A stretch of DNA of 47,494 bases, taken from the sequence record SRR2962707_3475. One strand, given 5' to 3'. A program made the translations under genes and the position numbers. This document shows positions 44,769 to 47,494 of the stretch, one piece after another; positions within the stretch are counted from its first letter, which is position 1; every line of letters begins with the position of its first letter. The notes beneath the pieces were generated by a model that was not told the DNA's origin, did no database searches, and worked only from the letters and a program-made list of their open reading frames with translations.

Positions 44769-45605
44769 TTATTCAGGGTGCAGCTCATTGAAATCTTTTT
44801 CACCCGCTGAGCAGGCATCAGAGAAATTCGGGTTGGCATATAACTGGTGCCAGTTCTCGAACAGGCTATCGAGTTCATTCTTTTTGGCGACGTTGCAGGC
44901 CAGCATGGACGCCCGCAGGAAGTCCATGAACCGGACTTTCATTTCGAGGCTGCTCTTGGCCGCCGCGTTGACGAGCCCCGTCAGATAGCCGAAACGGCGG
45001 ATGCGCGATTTGACGGAATGATCGGACAGGTCCGGCCATTTCTCCTTCAGCGTTTCAAAGGCGTCACTGACTTTCTTTATATCCGGATGCGACAGCAGTG
45101 TACTTGCATCGCCTACCGGTTCAACCGTCGGCGCTCTTTCCAGAGCACCGCCTTCAAGCTTTTCGATGAGCGTCGATGTCTTTTCGATAATCTGCTGGCG
45201 CTGGCGTTCGTTGACCCGGCGGCTGGAGCCCCGTGCCCAGTAATTCACACGTTCCATCACCGCAGATGTCGGACCACCCTTGACGATAAAATCATCCCCG
45301 CCCGCTTCGATGCACTGCTGCAGCACATCGACGGTGTCATTGGATGTAATGAAGATGACAGGCGCCTTGGACGTTGCCAGTGGGCGCGCGCGCCTGCAGA
45401 CCTCGATCCCGCTGATCCCCGGCAGATCGATATCCAGAATGACGAGCCTGGCCTGATGCTGGCTCAGCAAAGCCAGGCCTTCCTCACCGGTCTCTGCAGC
45501 AAGCACGGTAAAGCCCTGCTGCTTGAGACTGGCCGTATAGATGCGGCGGGTGACAGGATCATCCTCGACGAAAATGACCAGTCCATTTGAAGCTTTACTA
45601 CTCAT
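44769..45605 (-). CDS. Response regulator: REC domain plus an unrecognised C-terminal domain
   Basis: VEDD, ILDIDLP (phospho-Asp), FITS and FIVK; overlaps the kinase stop by 8 nt. Confidence 0.88.
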   Translation of the reverse strand: MSSKASNGLVIFVEDDPVTRRIYTASLKQQGFTVLAAETGEEGLALLSQHQARLVILDIDLPGISGIEVCRRARPLATSKAPVIFITSNDTVDVLQQCIEAGGDDFIVKGGPTSAVMERVNYWARGSSRRVNERQRQQIIEKTSTLIEKLEGGALERAPTVEPVGDASTLLSHPDIKKVSDAFETLKEKWPDLSDHSVKSRIRRFGYLTGLVNAAAKSSLEMKVRFMDFLRASMLACNVAKKNELDSLFENWHQLYANPNFSDACSAGEKDFNELHPE

Positions 45606-47494
45606 TGGCTCGTATATCTTCGATCAATTTCATGAGTTCCAGCTGCGCCGGCCCTGCCAGATCACCGACCGTGGAGAGCAGCTCTTCCGTGACGTCATTG
45701 TCACCGGCTTTCGCACTTTTTTCGATCTTACGGAGTAGTCCCGTAATTACAACCAGACCAGCCGCCCCCATGGACCCGGCTGCCTTGTGTGCCGTCTTTG
45801 CCAGCGTCTTTGTATCGTCTTTTGATGACGCGAGTGTATTGTGTAAAACCGCAAGTTGATCATTTATGTCATCAAGGATTTCACACGTCTCATTACGGCC
45901 CAATTGACGGATCAGATCATCGATAATGGGTTGAGCCACAATGGTTTCCGGGGTCTCTTCGGAGACAGCATCATCGGCCGGGGCGTCGTGATCCGGGTTC
46001 AGCGCCAGCAGTCCCTGGCGCAATGTGGACGACGTATACGGCTTGGTGACGACGCCCGCAAAAAGCCCGGCATAGGGCGGGTTTGCAATGTTCAGCATGA
46101 CGTCTGCCGTCACGGCGATGATAGGCGTGTCGGCATTCATGCCGCCGGATGCACGAATCGCCGTCGCAGCCTCTGCACCATCCATTTTGGGCATATGAAT
46201 ATCCATGAGAATGACGTCATATGGCATCAGGGCGGCTGCTTCGACCGCTTCCTCACCATCCTCGGCGAGGTCGACCGTGCACCCCATGCCTTCGAGCATG
46301 TTCAGGGCAATGCGCCGGTTGACGGGATTGTCTTCGGCGGTGAGAACCCGCAAATCAAGTGAAACGGCGGCCTGCCCCGCAAGCTCTACTCCCGGTTCGT
46401 AAACATCAACGTGCTCGCCCCCGGCACGCAATGCCGACAGCACCGCTTTACGGGTAATCGGTTTCATCAGCCGCGCATCGAACAGGTCCGTCTCAACGGC
46501 GTTTATGCCGACGGCGCTTTTGATGGACGACACCAGGATCAGTTTCGTGCCTTCGAGTTCCGGATGGTTCTGGCGTATTTCCCGGGCAAGGGTGACACCA
46601 TCCTTTTCCGGCATGCTGTAATCCACCAGGACAAGGTCATACGGGTCGGTTGTTCGTGCGGCAGACGTCAGCAGGCGCATGCCTTCGTCCGCGGACAGTG
46701 CCGTATCAAAACGGGCCCCGAAGCTCTGCATGTAACCTGAAAGCACACGGATACTCGTTTCACTGTCATCAATGATGAGGACGGATTTGTCCTTGAGATA
46801 CGTGCGATCACGATCCACCCGGCGGCGCTCGGCGATGTCAAATGTCACGGCGAACCGGAAGATACTGCCGGTGCCCAGTTCACTTTCAACGCCGATGCTG
46901 CCGCCCATCAACTCGACGAGCCGCTTAGAAATACTCAGGCCCAGACCGGTGCCGGAATGTTTCCGGGTGATGGAGGAATCCACCTGCGAGAAATCCTTGA
47001 ACAGCCGTTCCTGACTTTCATTTGAAATCCCGATACCGGTATCACGGACTTCAAAGAGAACCGTGACGTCTTTGTCGTTGCGGGCCTGTTGAATGACTTC
47101 GATGGTCACGGCGCCCTTGTCCGTGAACTTCAGCCCATTCCCGACGAGGTTGATCAGAATCTGCCGGAGCCGGGCCTGATCCCCAAACAGGCGGCCCGGC
47201 AGTTCGGGGTCAACGATCACCCCGAGTTCGAGCCCCTTCTGTTCAGCCATATACGACAGCGGTTCGACCACGGATTCCATCAGCTCGCTGACGGAAAATG
47301 CGGTCCGGTCGAGGTCGAAACTCCCGGACTCGAATTTCGCCAGGTCCAGAACGTCGTTGAGAATCTGCAGCAGGCTTCTGGCCGACGAGGAAACGGTCTG
47401 GGTGAAGGCAAGCTGCTCCTCGCTCAGATCGGTTTCCAGAAGCAGTTCGCTCATGCCGATGATCCCGTTCATCGGGGTACGGATTTCATGGCTC
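45598..47494 (-). CDS. Hybrid histidine kinase (HisKA-HATPase-REC-REC-HPt); 5' sensor part lies beyond the window
   Basis: The window end translates to the H-box SHEIRTPMNG; NLVGNGLKFT, DTGIG, GTGLGL, two REC domains (VDYSMP, MDIHMP) and HPt AHKAAGS. Confidence 0.93.
   Translation of the reverse strand, partial: SHEIRTPMNGIIGMSELLLETDLSEEQLAFTQTVSSSARSLLQILNDVLDLAKFESGSFDLDRTAFSVSELMESVVEPLSYMAEQKGLELGVIVDPELPGRLFGDQARLRQILINLVGNGLKFTDKGAVTIEVIQQARNDKDVTVLFEVRDTGIGISNESQERLFKDFSQVDSSITRKHSGTGLGLSISKRLVELMGGSIGVESELGTGSIFRFAVTFDIAERRRVDRDRTYLKDKSVLIIDDSETSIRVLSGYMQSFGARFDTALSADEGMRLLTSAARTTDPYDLVLVDYSMPEKDGVTLAREIRQNHPELEGTKLILVSSIKSAVGINAVETDLFDARLMKPITRKAVLSALRAGGEHVDVYEPGVELAGQAAVSLDLRVLTAEDNPVNRRIALNMLEGMGCTVDLAEDGEEAVEAAALMPYDVILMDIHMPKMDGAEAATAIRASGGMNADTPIIAVTADVMLNIANPPYAGLFAGVVTKPYTSSTLRQGLLALNPDHDAPADDAVSEETPETIVAQPIIDDLIRQLGRNETCEILDDINDQLAVLHNTLASSKDDTKTLAKTAHKAAGSMGAAGLVVITGLLRKIEKSAKAGDNDVTEELLSTVGDLAGPAQLELMKLIEDIRANE

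Noticed and set aside
1-47494. CRISPR arrays, tRNA/rRNA genes, IS elements, integrases, prophage or defence genes
   Set aside because: No regularly spaced repeats, RNA-gene signatures, or transposase, integrase or nuclease motifs seen by eye; intergenic gaps are short.

Overview
GC-rich chromosomal window, most likely alphaproteobacterial (putA/putR, bioMN and an IolC-DUF2090 fusion). It holds about 41 tightly packed metabolic, transport and regulatory genes; I found no rRNA, tRNA, CRISPR array or intact mobile element. Modules from left to right: (1) RpiR and IolC-DUF2090, divergent from a beta-hydroxyacid dehydrogenase and a Tat-exported LIV-type binding protein; (2) a HutC/GntR-centred divergent cluster with an atypical TctCBA, a TfdA-like dioxygenase, two reductases and an enolase on one side, and an MBL hydrolase, a non-canonical GGT and a GAF protein on the other; (3) an unannotated 28-codon tonB-like 3' remnant; (4) an apparently undescribed catabolic cluster of two-subunit aconitase X, aspartate-dehydrogenase-like protein, MmgE/PrpD protein, two-Cys racemase, GntR and an atypical SDR, with a repeated operator and flanked by a tautomerase and an amidohydrolase; (5) a ThDP enzyme and D-amino acid dehydrogenase converging on a second TctCBA, with a shared TTTGCATRCAAA box; (6) dadA, putA and putR; (7) bioMN without bioY, followed by a DUF1284-acyl-CoA ligase fusion, a thiolase lacking its second Cys and a MaoC hydratase; (8) a hybrid kinase, a response regulator and a single-domain globin. 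All calls come from reading motifs by eye; no database searches were run.
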